IMG/VR virus record: IMGVR_UViG_2595698685_000001
Location: 58,025 to 122,024 of that record
Reading direction: 5' to 3' (one strand)
Length of the DNA stretch: 64,000 bases
Source of the DNA: a virus
Lineage: Duplodnaviria > Caudoviricetes
The number at the start of each line of letters is the position of its first letter. Positions within the stretch are counted from its first letter, which is position 1. Below, piece after piece: positions 9,247 through 20,102 of the stretch. The notes under the pieces were generated by a model. That model was not told where the DNA came from. It worked only from the letters and a program-made list of their open reading frames with translations, and did not search any database. The position numbers and the translations under genes are program-made.

Positions 9247-9282
9247 GCACCCAAAAGGCGGAAACCGCATAAGAGATTAGGT

Positions 9283-10740
9283 ATGATAAATGTCCAGTCT
9301 GTAGTGCTGAAAATGCTCTTAACTACAACACATAAAGACTTAGCCTTAGAGACTTTTTCAACTCTACACAAAGACCACTTCAATGATGCCTTCTCTAGTA
9401 TATATCAAGCTATACAGAACTATTACACCAAGCATAGAGAAATGCCTACGTTAGACGCCTTAGTATTAGACTCAACGAGAAATGCTAGGCTATCACAGTC
9501 ATTAACAGTATTAAAAAGTACTGAAATACCTGACGTAGACCTTGAACACGCTATTGAAGTGTTACAAACTGAGTATACTCAGGAAACCTTTCTAAAACTT
9601 TTAGAGTCTGATGTGCTTAATGATATAAACTACTTAGACCGAGGGGAGATTCTAGATAGGGTAGCTGCCCTGCACCTTAAGTTGGAAGAGAAGGTAGGAG
9701 TTAGTGGTAAAGTATTTAACGCTAACGATATAAGATTATTTAGTAAAGAAGAAGATGTTCAACTCAACTTTATAGCCCTAGGTATTAGTAACGAATTGGA
9801 TGCACTACTTAAAGGTATTGGTAGAGGAGAAACCCTACTTATTGGTGGATGGAGAGGTACAGGTAAATCTATTATCTGTTCTAATGCTCAAGTCAATCAG
9901 TATAATAATGGAGATATAGCCCCATATCTATCTATTGAGATGAACGAAGTTGAAGTATTTAGACGTAATCTAGCAATCATGGCTGGAGTTTCAGCACTAG
10001 GCATTAGAAATAATAGTCTGGAGGGAGCAGACCTTATAAAGCTTGCTAGAGCTAGAGCAGGTATGTTCAATGGTGGGATAGATTTATTGAATGAGTACCT
10101 TAGAAAGTATACTCTTAATAAAATGGGAGACTACTTTGATTTAGAGAGTCAATTGATGAAGGAGTACGAATTACATACTCCTATGATAATAATTCATGAC
10201 CCTGAATTAAGTACAGCCACCATTGACGTAGAGCTAAATAAGCTTAGATCTAAATACGGGGATAAACTTACTATGTGTATCCTAGACTACCTTAACCAAA
10301 CTAGACTGCCTAATACTACTATGCTTGACGCATACGATTGGAAACAGCAGATGGTAGTCAGCTCAACATTCAAGAGCCTATGTCAGAAGTATGATGTAGC
10401 AGGGTTAGCCCCTTTCCAGATTGATAAAGATGGTAGAGCTAGACTCTCTCAGGGTATCCTAGACTCCTGTGACATGGCAGCTAATCTTAACGCTGCTAAA
10501 GCTGAAAATGGTTTTGGTGGTATTATGCTTAACTTTGTTAAGACAAGGTCATCTGATGCAGGAATCTTTATCCCTGAAATAGATTGGACTAGCTTAAGAA
10601 TTAATGGGGCTACTAATCTATCTGTTCAGGATTTAGAATCAGGTAATGCACAGTTTGTAATCCCTCTCGAAACACCTAAGAAACCTAAGAAATCCGCAGC
10701 TAAAGCAGATTCTAGTGGTGAGGAGACTAGAGATCTATGA
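9283..10740 (+). CDS. D6: DnaB-like replicative helicase (D6)
   Basis: GWRGTGKS Walker A, SIEM, LDYL motifs; start moved to ATG 9283 because the longer start overlaps the terminator. Confidence 0.88.
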   Translation: MINVQSVVLKMLLTTTHKDLALETFSTLHKDHFNDAFSSIYQAIQNYYTKHREMPTLDALVLDSTRNARLSQSLTVLKSTEIPDVDLEHAIEVLQTEYTQETFLKLLESDVLNDINYLDRGEILDRVAALHLKLEEKVGVSGKVFNANDIRLFSKEEDVQLNFIALGISNELDALLKGIGRGETLLIGGWRGTGKSIICSNAQVNQYNNGDIAPYLSIEMNEVEVFRRNLAIMAGVSALGIRNNSLEGADLIKLARARAGMFNGGIDLLNEYLRKYTLNKMGDYFDLESQLMKEYELHTPMIIIHDPELSTATIDVELNKLRSKYGDKLTMCILDYLNQTRLPNTTMLDAYDWKQQMVVSSTFKSLCQKYDVAGLAPFQIDKDGRARLSQGILDSCDMAANLNAAKAENGFGGIMLNFVKTRSSDAGIFIPEIDWTSLRINGATNLSVQDLESGNAQFVIPLETPKKPKKSAAKADSSGEETRDL

Positions 10741-11612
10741 GTAGAATACTAGACCTTCTAAATGCAAAACATATCCCCTTCAAAGATACTGGAGGGGATA
10801 TTATAATTCAGTGCTTAAATCCAGAGCATAATGATGCCACCCCAAGTTTAAGGGTAGACCCTGCATCAGGAGCTATGCATTGTCTTAGTTGTGGATTTGG
10901 AAAAGGTATACCTAGCATATACCATTACTTTAACGAAAGTATTAATGAGGCTTCGGCAGCACTGTTACGAGTGCGTAAAAGAATAGGAGAACTCAGGGGA
11001 GTAACTTCCTCTTTAAGTATACCAGAAGACGCAGTATTAGTTACTGAGGATTACAGAGATATATCTAAGGAAACCCTAAGTAAATATTACGCCTTTAATC
11101 ATGTAGATTGGCCAGATAGAATAGTATTTCCTATAACGGATGCTGTAGGTAGAATTCTCTTCTTTCTAGGGAGAAGGATGAATGGTACCAACTCAATGAA
11201 GTACGTTGTTAAACCTAGAGGTATTCCGCCCCCAGTATTCCCATTAAGACATAATACTCCTGTGTTAGTATTAGTAGAGGGAATATTTGACATGTTAAAC
11301 CTTGAAGATAAAGGTATGCCCAATACCTCTTGTTGCTTCGGGACGCACCAATTTACTGCTAACAATATTCAAGATAAGTTAGCCCCTTTTATAATCTCAG
11401 GAACAAAGACAGTAGTAATACTGTTGGATAATGATGAATCTGGTCTAAAGGCATCGGAAGTACTATATAAGCTTATTAGAGATAAAACTAACTTACGTCC
11501 GGTTATAGCCTCAGAACTACTACCAGCAGGTAAAGACCCTGGTGGGTTGTCTAGAGAAGAAGTCGAACAGTTAGCCAAATATATAGAAATTCTTCTTGCA
11601 GAAGATGCTTAA
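10737..11612 (+). CDS. pri: DNA primase (Zn-binding + TOPRIM)
   Basis: C..PEH.D..PS...C..CG zinc domain, VEGIFD, LDNDESG, KDPG. Confidence 0.92.
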   Translation: MSRILDLLNAKHIPFKDTGGDIIIQCLNPEHNDATPSLRVDPASGAMHCLSCGFGKGIPSIYHYFNESINEASAALLRVRKRIGELRGVTSSLSIPEDAVLVTEDYRDISKETLSKYYAFNHVDWPDRIVFPITDAVGRILFFLGRRMNGTNSMKYVVKPRGIPPPVFPLRHNTPVLVLVEGIFDMLNLEDKGMPNTSCCFGTHQFTANNIQDKLAPFIISGTKTVVILLDNDESGLKASEVLYKLIRDKTNLRPVIASELLPAGKDPGGLSREEVEQLAKYIEILLAEDA

Positions 11613-11624
11613 TTCTAGTATAAT
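11596..11624 (+). promoter_or_regulatory. Sigma70-type promoter
   Basis: TTGCAG-17-TATAAT upstream of pol. Confidence 0.8.
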
Positions 11625-11677
11625 ATAATCTGAAATTGAGAAAGCCCTGATAGGCAGGTATTCAAATAGGAGAGGCA

Positions 11678-14233
11678 ATGCAAATTGCGATAGTTGATAA
11701 ATCACTTAATAACACCAAGTACCAAAAACATTACAAACTAGAGCAGCATGATGTAGATGTATTTCATATGTCTAGTGAAAAGGTAACAGGACGTCTGCTC
11801 AAAAAACATATTGATATAGGAACAGATGAAAACCCTTTCGACCCTAAAGATTACGATGCAGTAATACTAGTAGGTGCGGAGCCTTTCCTATACTTTGCAG
11901 GTAAAAAGGGTATAGCAGACTATTCAGGAAAGCGTGTAGAACATAATGGGTATACTAAGTTTATTGCTAGTATAAGCCCTGCACAATTACACTTTAAACC
12001 TGAGATGAAACCTGTATTTGATGCTACTGTTGACGAGATTCACCAGATATTAGCTGGGAATGAGAAGGTAGCAAAACCGGGGGATTACCGTCCTATAACT
12101 AATGAGTCAGAGGCAGAAGATTACATCAAGATGGTGTATACTATGTGCGCTGGCCCAATAGCGTTTGACTCCGAATCCTCAGCACTATACGCTAGAGATG
12201 GTTATATGCTGGGATTGTCAATGAGTCATCAGGAGTACCAAGGCGTTTATATCGAATCAGATGTGCTGAGTGAAGTATGCGTGCATTATCTGCAAAAGAT
12301 CTTGGATAGTGATGACCACCAGATAGTATTCCATAACCTTAAGTTTGATATGCACTTTTATTCATATCACCTAGGGTTAAGTTTTGTTAAAGCATTTAAA
12401 GACCGAAGACTTCATGATACAATGTTACAGCACTATGTTCTGGACGAACGTAGAGGTACTCATGGTTTGAAAGGTCTAGCAATGAAGTATACAGATATGG
12501 GGGATTACGATTTTGAACTAGATCAGTTCAAGGATCAGTATTGTAAAACCCATAAGATGAAGAAAGAAGATTTCACATATGATCTAATACCTTTTGATGT
12601 TATGTGGCCGTATGCTGCTAAGGATACAGATGCCACAATACGTCTACATAACTTCTTCCTACCAAAAATTGAGGCAAATAACAGACTAGCTAGCTTGTAC
12701 TATGATGTGCTGATGCCGGGCTGTGTATTCCTACAAAGGGTCGAAGATAGAGGAGTTCCTGTAAGTAAGGAAAGGTTAAAAGCTTCCTTGCAGTACTTAA
12801 CTGATAAGTTAAATGTTAAGACCAAGGAACTGTACACTTTCGAAGAAGTCATGGCTTTAGAGAAAGACCAAGGAAGTCCATTCAATTCTAACTCAGTGCC
12901 TCAACTCAGAAAACTACTGTTTGATTACATAGGTTTGGAACCTACAGGTAAGCTAACTGATACAGGTGCAGATTCCACAGACGCAGACGTTCTGATGGAA
13001 TTAGCAAGTCAACACCCAATAGCTGGTGTTCTACTAGAAATGAGGAAAACTACTAAGCTGCTATCAACTTATGTTAATAAGATGCTGCTTAACATAGACT
13101 CAGATGGGTGTATTAGAACAGGTTTCCACGAGCATATGACTACTTCTGGTAGACTTAGCTCATCTGGTAAGCTGAACTTACAGCAGCTTCCTAGAGATGA
13201 ATCTATTATTAAGGGGTGCATTGTTGCTCCAGAAGGTTACCGAGTAATTTCTTGGGACTTAACAACTGCGGAAGTATATTATGCTGCCGTATTATCTGGA
13301 GATAGAGAGCTTCAACAAGTCTTTATTAACATGCAGAATGACCCTGAAAACTACTCGGACTTCCACGGTAGTATAGCGCACTCAGTATTTGGTCTAACAT
13401 GTAAGCCAACTGATGTTAAGAAGCTATTCCCTGCCTTACGTCAAGCAGCTAAAGCTATCTCCTTTGGTATCCTGTACGGTTCAGGTAAGGCTAAAGTTGC
13501 AGCTTCTGTAAACGAAGCTCTACTAGAACAGAGTATTAAAACAGGTGAGCCTTATAAAGAGTGTACTCCTGCTGATGCTCAAGGGTATATTGATACTTAC
13601 TTTACGAGATTCCCACGCCTTAAGAAGTGGATTGCACAATCTCACGACCAGATTAAAGATTTTGGGTTTATCTATAGTCACTTTGGTCGTAAACGCAGAC
13701 TGCACAATATCAACTCTGAGGATAGAGGAGTTCAGGGAGAAGAAATTCGTTCTGGATTCAATGCTATTATTCAGTCCGCCTCATCAGACTCCCTCTTACT
13801 AGGAGCTATTGATGCTGATGATGAGATTATCGGATTAGGTCTAGAAGAACATATGAAGATTGTTATGCTAGTCCATGACTCCGTAGTTGCAATAGTTAGG
13901 GAAGATCTTGTAGACCAATATAACGAAATCTTGATTCGTAATATCCAAAAAGATAGGGGAGTTAGTATTCCTGGCTGTCCAATTGGATTAGAGTCAGATT
14001 CAGAAAAGGGCGGGTCTAGAGATTACTCTTGTGGTAAGATTAAGGTTCAGCATCCTGATGTTGCCTGTATCGAGGATCCAGCGTTCGCTAGATATGTAGA
14101 TACACTACTAGCGTCCAATGATAGGGAATATCTAACTGTAGTGGCTGGAGATAAGAATCATCCTGAGCACAACAGCTTAAGCAAAGTAGATAAAGCAATC
14201 TATCTATTTGATTGGCATAAGAAAGCAGCATGA
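11678..14233 (+). CDS. pol: Family A DNA polymerase with 3'-5' exonuclease
   Basis: FDSE, HNLKFD, YAAKD exonuclease motifs; SGRLSS, DLTTAE, RQAAKAISFGILYG, VHDS polymerase motifs. Confidence 0.96.
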   Translation: MQIAIVDKSLNNTKYQKHYKLEQHDVDVFHMSSEKVTGRLLKKHIDIGTDENPFDPKDYDAVILVGAEPFLYFAGKKGIADYSGKRVEHNGYTKFIASISPAQLHFKPEMKPVFDATVDEIHQILAGNEKVAKPGDYRPITNESEAEDYIKMVYTMCAGPIAFDSESSALYARDGYMLGLSMSHQEYQGVYIESDVLSEVCVHYLQKILDSDDHQIVFHNLKFDMHFYSYHLGLSFVKAFKDRRLHDTMLQHYVLDERRGTHGLKGLAMKYTDMGDYDFELDQFKDQYCKTHKMKKEDFTYDLIPFDVMWPYAAKDTDATIRLHNFFLPKIEANNRLASLYYDVLMPGCVFLQRVEDRGVPVSKERLKASLQYLTDKLNVKTKELYTFEEVMALEKDQGSPFNSNSVPQLRKLLFDYIGLEPTGKLTDTGADSTDADVLMELASQHPIAGVLLEMRKTTKLLSTYVNKMLLNIDSDGCIRTGFHEHMTTSGRLSSSGKLNLQQLPRDESIIKGCIVAPEGYRVISWDLTTAEVYYAAVLSGDRELQQVFINMQNDPENYSDFHGSIAHSVFGLTCKPTDVKKLFPALRQAAKAISFGILYGSGKAKVAASVNEALLEQSIKTGEPYKECTPADAQGYIDTYFTRFPRLKKWIAQSHDQIKDFGFIYSHFGRKRRLHNINSEDRGVQGEEIRSGFNAIIQSASSDSLLLGAIDADDEIIGLGLEEHMKIVMLVHDSVVAIVREDLVDQYNEILIRNIQKDRGVSIPGCPIGLESDSEKGGSRDYSCGKIKVQHPDVACIEDPAFARYVDTLLASNDREYLTVVAGDKNHPEHNSLSKVDKAIYLFDWHKKAA

Positions 14234-14730
14234 TAGATGCTGTACTGCCAATCTATGCTCTAAGACAGTACGAGGAAATGGTCAAAGAAGGAGACTACTT
14301 AGTTGTAGTCTCCAGATTTGATAAGTATATTTTGGATAACCCAAGTTTGGAGGGTAATTTTAGACAGAGAAGATTAAAACTGGCTATCACTCCTAAGGGG
14401 GAGTTACCTTACAAATTATACAAATTAAAGAAAGAATTCAGTACTCTTTCCCAGATAGTGTTATCTAAGTCTAAAGTATTTATTGATTCTTCAGGAAAGG
14501 TCTTTAATAGGCTTAAAGCAAAGTACTATCAGATAGAGGTTAAGAGAGTATTATCAGGTTCCCGACTATTTAATGGCAAATACCAGTGCTTTGTAAGAGG
14601 AATAAATACTCCGTTTATACTGCACCATATACCTAAATGGGTTTCTGTGATTAAGTACAAGAATAGTTTTGTGTTATTTGACGTACACGAGGAGAGACCT
14701 GAGTCTCCTAGACTACGGATTAAGATATGA
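14230..14730 (+). CDS. Hypothetical protein (conserved between pol and D10)
   Basis: 166-aa ORF with ATGA overlaps on both sides. Confidence 0.8.
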   Translation: MIDAVLPIYALRQYEEMVKEGDYLVVVSRFDKYILDNPSLEGNFRQRRLKLAITPKGELPYKLYKLKKEFSTLSQIVLSKSKVFIDSSGKVFNRLKAKYYQIEVKRVLSGSRLFNGKYQCFVRGINTPFILHHIPKWVSVIKYKNSFVLFDVHEERPESPRLRIKI

Positions 14731-16082
14731 AAGTAGTTATATCTAACAAGGCTTATTTTAAGCCAGGGGAAGAGTTATGGGAGTATTGTAGTCAGCAAAC
14801 TACTTATCATATACAGCAGCCAGGAGCTAAGTATCCTAAAGCGTATAAGAATAGTGGTAGTATTGGTCCAGAAATAAAATGGATGCCTGTATCTAGATTA
14901 GATCTACTAGAAGCTAAAGGTATAAAAGCTGAGATCGTAGATAAAAGAGTTAGAGTGCCAGTAAATCTGCCAGAACCTGTAGTACCTATGCGTCTAGATC
15001 AGAAGGAGATTTATGATGAGTGCATAGATACCTGTTTGATAAACGGTAAGCCTGGGTTCGGAAAGACTATCCTAGCCTTATGGATAGCGTATAAACTAGG
15101 GCAGAAGACTTTAGTTATATGTACCAATACATCCATACGAGCTCAATGGGAAAAAGAAGTTTATAAGTTATTTGGTTTTTACCCTGGAGTAATAGGTTCT
15201 GGAAAATTCAATATAGAGCCTATGATAGTAGTAAGTAATATACAAACCCTCAATAAACATGGAGAAGCTCTAGCCAAAGAATTTGGGTTAGTGATTGTAG
15301 ATGAAGTGCATCACTGCGTAGCAACCACATTTACTAAGTTCTTGGAAGCTAGTCACGCGCGTTATAAGATAGGTCTATCTGGTACATTAAAACGGAAGGA
15401 CGGTCTTAATGTAATGTTTAAAGACTACTTTGGCTTCACTATATTTTCCCCAGCAGTAGCTAATACTTTGGAACCTACTATTCATAGGTATGATGTGCCT
15501 TTAGAAGTGTCAGGTAACTTAGTAGTACCTTGGGCAGATAGGGCTACAGCAGTGTATACTCACCCAATTTTCCTAAGAACATTAACAGCGCTATCATCCC
15601 TGTATTATAATCTAGGACATAGAGTCTTGTTAGTAGCGGAGAGGACAAACGTTCTGCTCTCTATTAGAGAGTCTTTGGAAGAGATGGGGATATTTGCTTA
15701 TATTATCACAGGAAGTACTCCACTAGAGGACAGAGACTCTATACTAGAGGCTGTAGCATTAGATGATAGAGCCGTGTTATTAGCTGCTCAGTCTATATTT
15801 GCGGAAGGGATATCATTAAATGAGTTATCTTGTTTAGTTTTAGGTAGTCTCATAAATAATGAATCCTTAATAGAGCAACTAGCAGGTAGAGTACAACGAA
15901 TAGTACCTGGGGATAGGAAGTTACCTCCCATAGTAGTGGACTTGGCTCTGAAAGGAGGCACAGGATTTAACCAAGCTAAAGGAAGAGTAGGGGTCTACTA
16001 TGCCAACGGTTGGGAAGTTAAGTACATGAAAGATGCGGATGCAGCTGAATTAGCAAAAATTGCATTTGGCAAAGAGTTATAA
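14727..16082 (+). CDS. D10: D10 SF2 helicase
   Basis: GKPGFGKT, DEVH, SGT, QLAGRVQR. Confidence 0.92.
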   Translation: MKVVISNKAYFKPGEELWEYCSQQTTYHIQQPGAKYPKAYKNSGSIGPEIKWMPVSRLDLLEAKGIKAEIVDKRVRVPVNLPEPVVPMRLDQKEIYDECIDTCLINGKPGFGKTILALWIAYKLGQKTLVICTNTSIRAQWEKEVYKLFGFYPGVIGSGKFNIEPMIVVSNIQTLNKHGEALAKEFGLVIVDEVHHCVATTFTKFLEASHARYKIGLSGTLKRKDGLNVMFKDYFGFTIFSPAVANTLEPTIHRYDVPLEVSGNLVVPWADRATAVYTHPIFLRTLTALSSLYYNLGHRVLLVAERTNVLLSIRESLEEMGIFAYIITGSTPLEDRDSILEAVALDDRAVLLAAQSIFAEGISLNELSCLVLGSLINNESLIEQLAGRVQRIVPGDRKLPPIVVDLALKGGTGFNQAKGRVGVYYANGWEVKYMKDADAAELAKIAFGKEL

Positions 16083-16094
16083 TTGTTATATAAT
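16066..16094 (+). promoter_or_regulatory. Sigma70-type promoter
   Basis: TTGGCA-17-TATAAT. Confidence 0.75.
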
Positions 16095-16120
16095 ATTTGT
16101 ATTGATTAGCGAGGGAAAGA

Positions 16121-16483
16121 GTGATATTTTTCGATTATGAAAAGATTTACATCTTGTCTAAAGGAAACCCCAAGTTAATCGTTCAATGTCTTGAAAATCT
16201 TGTGCTTGAGCCAGAGGCTAATAAACTTTTGGTGGGACACTCATTCATTATAAATGAGAACATAATTACTTATAATCCCTTTAAGTTACCCTATCTGATG
16301 TTAGCAGAGTATCTAGGAGTTCTTTCTTTTAGAAGTTATTCTGACTATACCTTAACAGGTAGCTCTAGCCTTGATATTCAGTCAGTTCCACTCTGGATAC
16401 CTAAACAGGTTATTACAACCAACAAACTGATCACAATCGATCGAGATAAATTAATCTTTAATGAGGAAATAAAATATGGCTAA
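16121..16483 (+). CDS. Hypothetical protein (conserved upstream of D11)
   Basis: 120-aa ORF, GTG start with GAGG SD. Confidence 0.75.
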   Translation: MIFFDYEKIYILSKGNPKLIVQCLENLVLEPEANKLLVGHSFIINENIITYNPFKLPYLMLAEYLGVLSFRSYSDYTLTGSSSLDIQSVPLWIPKQVITTNKLITIDRDKLIFNEEIKYG

Positions 16484-17240
16484 GTCATGGGGCGATACTA
16501 CTGGCGGTTCTAACGATAAAGTTGACTTTCTGAAATTTAACAACGGTGTTACTAAGGTACGTATTGTATCTGGGGTTCTACCTCGTTATGTTTACTGGGT
16601 AAATAACAACGACGGTAAGCCAGCACCGTTTGAATGCCTACGTTTCAACCGTACTAAGGAACAGTTTGTTCGTGGTAAGGCTGACCCAATTCACGATATG
16701 GGATTCTTCGAGAAAGAACTCGATAAGAAGACCCAAGAGAAGGTTCCATTGAAGCCTAAGAAGAACTACATTGCTTTTGTTATTGACCGTTCCGATAACA
16801 AGCTGAAAGTAATGGAAGTTAAGGCTACTATCCTGAAAGGTATTCAGTCTACAATGAAGCAATTGGATCTGGATAACCCATACGATATCGATATCGAAAT
16901 CGAGAAGAAGGGTACCGGTTTTGATACTGAGTATGAAGTTCGTCAGATTTCTGCCATGAAGTTCCAGCAGGCACTCACTAACCCAGCAAGTGCAGAATCC
17001 AAGCGTTATGAGCAGGATACTAATGATATCCTTGGTGAAGCGCTTACTGATGAAAACGGTGACTTCTTGAAGTTTGAGAAAGTTCCATCTCTTGATGAAC
17101 TGTACCCAGTTCCTTCTTACGAAGAACTGAAAGAAGCAGTTACTTCTTGGATTGAAGGCAACCAATCCGATGGTAATGGAGAAGGTACTAAAACTTCTTC
17201 AAAACCCATTGATCAGGAAGCAGTAAACGAACTGGATTAA
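16476..17240 (+). CDS. D11: D11 ssDNA-binding protein
   Basis: MAKSWG start, acidic C-terminal tail, T5 synteny. Confidence 0.85.
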   Translation: MAKSWGDTTGGSNDKVDFLKFNNGVTKVRIVSGVLPRYVYWVNNNDGKPAPFECLRFNRTKEQFVRGKADPIHDMGFFEKELDKKTQEKVPLKPKKNYIAFVIDRSDNKLKVMEVKATILKGIQSTMKQLDLDNPYDIDIEIEKKGTGFDTEYEVRQISAMKFQQALTNPASAESKRYEQDTNDILGEALTDENGDFLKFEKVPSLDELYPVPSYEELKEAVTSWIEGNQSDGNGEGTKTSSKPIDQEAVNELD

Positions 17241-17247
17241 CAATACC

Positions 17248-17278
17248 AAAGGGAGCCTAATAAGCTCCCTTTCTTTTT
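17248..17278 (+). terminator. Intrinsic terminator
   Basis: AAAGGGAGC/GCTCCCTTT + T tract. Confidence 0.8.
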
Positions 17279-17287
17279 AGGATAAAA

Positions 17288-18277
17288 ATGCGAATACTAT
17301 TCTCAGCTGACCATCACATCAAATTAAAAGCAAAAAATGTACCTGTTGACTGGCAGATAAATAGATTTATTTTGCTAGGAGAGAGACTGTCCAGTATTTT
17401 TGTAGATAAGAAGTGTGACCTGCACATTATAGGTGGGGATCTACTAGACGTTGCAACACCTTCTTCTGCGGAAGTGGGGCTAATGCATCACTTCCTTAAA
17501 CTGCTAGACCACACTGGATTAATTTACTCAGGTAATCATGAGGCTTTAAATAAGAAAGAGTCCTGCTTGTATAACTTAGCAGAAGTTATATATGAATCTA
17601 CAGGGCATAATTGGAGTGTAGTTAGATCTCCATATCGTAGTAAAGAGTTTGATATTATAGACTTTATAGAGCTGCATAAAAAGGAATGGGTTCCCGCACA
17701 AAGTGAACTCTGCTTTACACATGTAAGGGGTACTATAGAACCTCACGTGTCGCCCGAAATAGACTTAATGAGATTTGTAGAGCACGGGTATGCTAGAGTT
17801 ATAGCAGGTGATCTACATAGCGTATCTAATACTCAGCTGATTATGGACGGGGTGGGTTTAATGTATCCGGGGTCTCCAATGACTACATCTTTCCACAGAG
17901 AAAGACCCACATATACTAACGGCTGCTATATTATAGATACTGATACAAAAGAAGTTGAATGGGTAGACTTAGGTGACTTACCTCAACTTATACGAAAAAC
18001 AGTTAAGAGTAAAGATGAGATGGTGAAAACTGAATATGACCATACCATCTATGAAATAGAGGGGGATATCCTAGATCTTAAAGGTTTGAATGTAGATTCA
18101 GAGTTATTTGATAAGAAGATAAATAATAACATAACTTCTGAAGCTAAATTAAACCTAGAGGGGTTATCTATTACTGAAGAGGCCGCTCTTTACCTTGAAA
18201 AAATACAGAACCTAGACTCTGATAAGATATCTAGAGTAGTGGGGAGGATACAGAAGTATGTCAAAGATAGTAATTGA
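17288..18277 (+). CDS. D12: D12 SbcD/Mre11-like nuclease
   Basis: ADHH, GGDLLD, GNHE, GDLH, YPGSP metallophosphoesterase motifs. Confidence 0.92.
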   Translation: MRILFSADHHIKLKAKNVPVDWQINRFILLGERLSSIFVDKKCDLHIIGGDLLDVATPSSAEVGLMHHFLKLLDHTGLIYSGNHEALNKKESCLYNLAEVIYESTGHNWSVVRSPYRSKEFDIIDFIELHKKEWVPAQSELCFTHVRGTIEPHVSPEIDLMRFVEHGYARVIAGDLHSVSNTQLIMDGVGLMYPGSPMTTSFHRERPTYTNGCYIIDTDTKEVEWVDLGDLPQLIRKTVKSKDEMVKTEYDHTIYEIEGDILDLKGLNVDSELFDKKINNNITSEAKLNLEGLSITEEAALYLEKIQNLDSDKISRVVGRIQKYVKDSN

Positions 18278-20102
18278 ATCCCTAGTATTCAGCAATGTGA
18301 TGTCTTATGGGGATAATGTTAAGATTTCTTTCAATAACCACGCAGTTACTCAATTAGTAGGTGCCAATGGTGTAGGTAAGTCTACTATAGCCACTATTCT
18401 GGAAGAAGTGTTATATAACAAGAATAGTAGAGGTATAAAGAAAGAAGATCTACATGCATGGAATTCTGCTAAGAAAGAGTATTCTATAGAACTAAAGTTT
18501 TCTAAAGGTCAAGACAAATACGTCCTAACTAAAATAGTTAAATCCACCGCTAAAGTAACTCTGCTACAAAACGGAGTTGATATTAGTGGACATACGGCTA
18601 CCCAAACGTATAAGCTACTTGAGCAGGATATTCTATGCGCTGACTTCCAGACTATGACTAAACTGATATACCAATCAGTGGGTTCAAGTATGGACTTTCT
18701 AAAGACTACGGATGCAGCGAGAAAAACTTTTCTAGTGGGACTACTAGACCTACACGTCTACTCCGAAATTTCGGATAAATTAAAAGAAGAAAAGAAAGCC
18801 ATTTCAAATAGGCTTAACTTCTTATCTGGTCAGGAAGACGTACTACAGAATACACTACGTAGCTGTAAAGATATCCCTGAGTATCTAGATAGTATACCTG
18901 AGCAAGATAATTCTGAGTTTCTTTCAGAGCTACAAGAAGAACTAGCAAAGACTAACTTAGCTTTGAATAACAGAGGCAAAAACTTAGATCTACAAAGAAA
19001 GTATCAACACCTATTACGAAACGTTATAGATGCTGAGAAACCTTTAATGAATATACAGCCTACAGTTTTTAACTTAGAGCACTACTCTAGTGTTTATAAA
19101 GAGTACACCAAGATTCTGGCTCTGTCTGAGGATACAAAGGCTAAGTACAAGAGGTTTAAATCTGATGTGGAAAATTCAGTTTGCCCAACTTGTGGTACTA
19201 ACTTAGACAAGAGTGCCTCTGAACAAGCTATGGCAGAATTAAAAACTCTATTTGTACAGCAGGCAGCAACAAGAGATGCTCTTAAAGTAGAGTTAGATCA
19301 GTTAACACTAGATAAAGATGCTCATGAGGCATATAATACTGGTAAGAATAAACTTAACAGGGCTATAGAAGAGGTTAAGTCTTTTGAGTCATCTGTTGAT
19401 TTAGAAGCTATAGGACAGCTAGAGGATGAAAGTTTTCTACAAAATAGAAAGACTAGCTTAGAAACACAAATATCCGTAGCTAAGAGAGATTCTGAAAAAG
19501 TACGAAAAGAGAACCAGCGTATAGCGGCTAGTAATGCTAAGCGAGAAGTTCTTCTGGAACAGAAAGTACAAACTGAGTCATCCTTAGAAAGTATAATGGA
19601 TGAGTTAGTAGAGTTAGAAAGTGGTAGTGCAGAATTAGATGTAGCGATATTGACTATGAAAGACCTTATATCCTATAAGATAGAGTATAGTATAAAGTCT
19701 TTTGAGGGGCTTATTAACCATTACTTAGGGATAATGACTAGTGGAGAGTTTGCGCTAGGATTTGAATTGGAAGATACTAAACTGAAAGTAGTTATCTTCA
19801 AGGACGGTAATAAAACCAACATGGAAAACTGTTCAACTGGGCAGCAATCTAGGATAAGCATTGCTACCCTACTTGCTATACGTGTAATGCTCAGTAAGCT
19901 TAGTAAAGTGGAAGTTAACCTCCTATTCTTAGATGAGGTAGTAAGTTTCATAGACCCTAAAGGATTGGAGACCTTAGTAGAGCTTCTCATAGAAGAGCAT
20001 GAACTTAACTCAGTGATAGTATCTCATGGCAGAACGCACCCATTAGCTCACAAAGTATCCGTTGAGCAAGACCAGTTTGGTAAATCGTATATAGAACAAT
20101 GA
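18258..20102 (+). CDS. D13: D13 SbcC/Rad50-like ATPase
   Basis: GANGVGKS, CPTCG hook, CSTGQ signature, LFLDE. Confidence 0.93.
   Translation: MSKIVIESLVFSNVMSYGDNVKISFNNHAVTQLVGANGVGKSTIATILEEVLYNKNSRGIKKEDLHAWNSAKKEYSIELKFSKGQDKYVLTKIVKSTAKVTLLQNGVDISGHTATQTYKLLEQDILCADFQTMTKLIYQSVGSSMDFLKTTDAARKTFLVGLLDLHVYSEISDKLKEEKKAISNRLNFLSGQEDVLQNTLRSCKDIPEYLDSIPEQDNSEFLSELQEELAKTNLALNNRGKNLDLQRKYQHLLRNVIDAEKPLMNIQPTVFNLEHYSSVYKEYTKILALSEDTKAKYKRFKSDVENSVCPTCGTNLDKSASEQAMAELKTLFVQQAATRDALKVELDQLTLDKDAHEAYNTGKNKLNRAIEEVKSFESSVDLEAIGQLEDESFLQNRKTSLETQISVAKRDSEKVRKENQRIAASNAKREVLLEQKVQTESSLESIMDELVELESGSAELDVAILTMKDLISYKIEYSIKSFEGLINHYLGIMTSGEFALGFELEDTKLKVVIFKDGNKTNMENCSTGQQSRISIATLLAIRVMLSKLSKVEVNLLFLDEVVSFIDPKGLETLVELLIEEHELNSVIVSHGRTHPLAHKVSVEQDQFGKSYIEQ

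Noticed and set aside
9217-9282. Longer start for the D6 helicase
   Set aside because: Lies inside the D5 terminator stem
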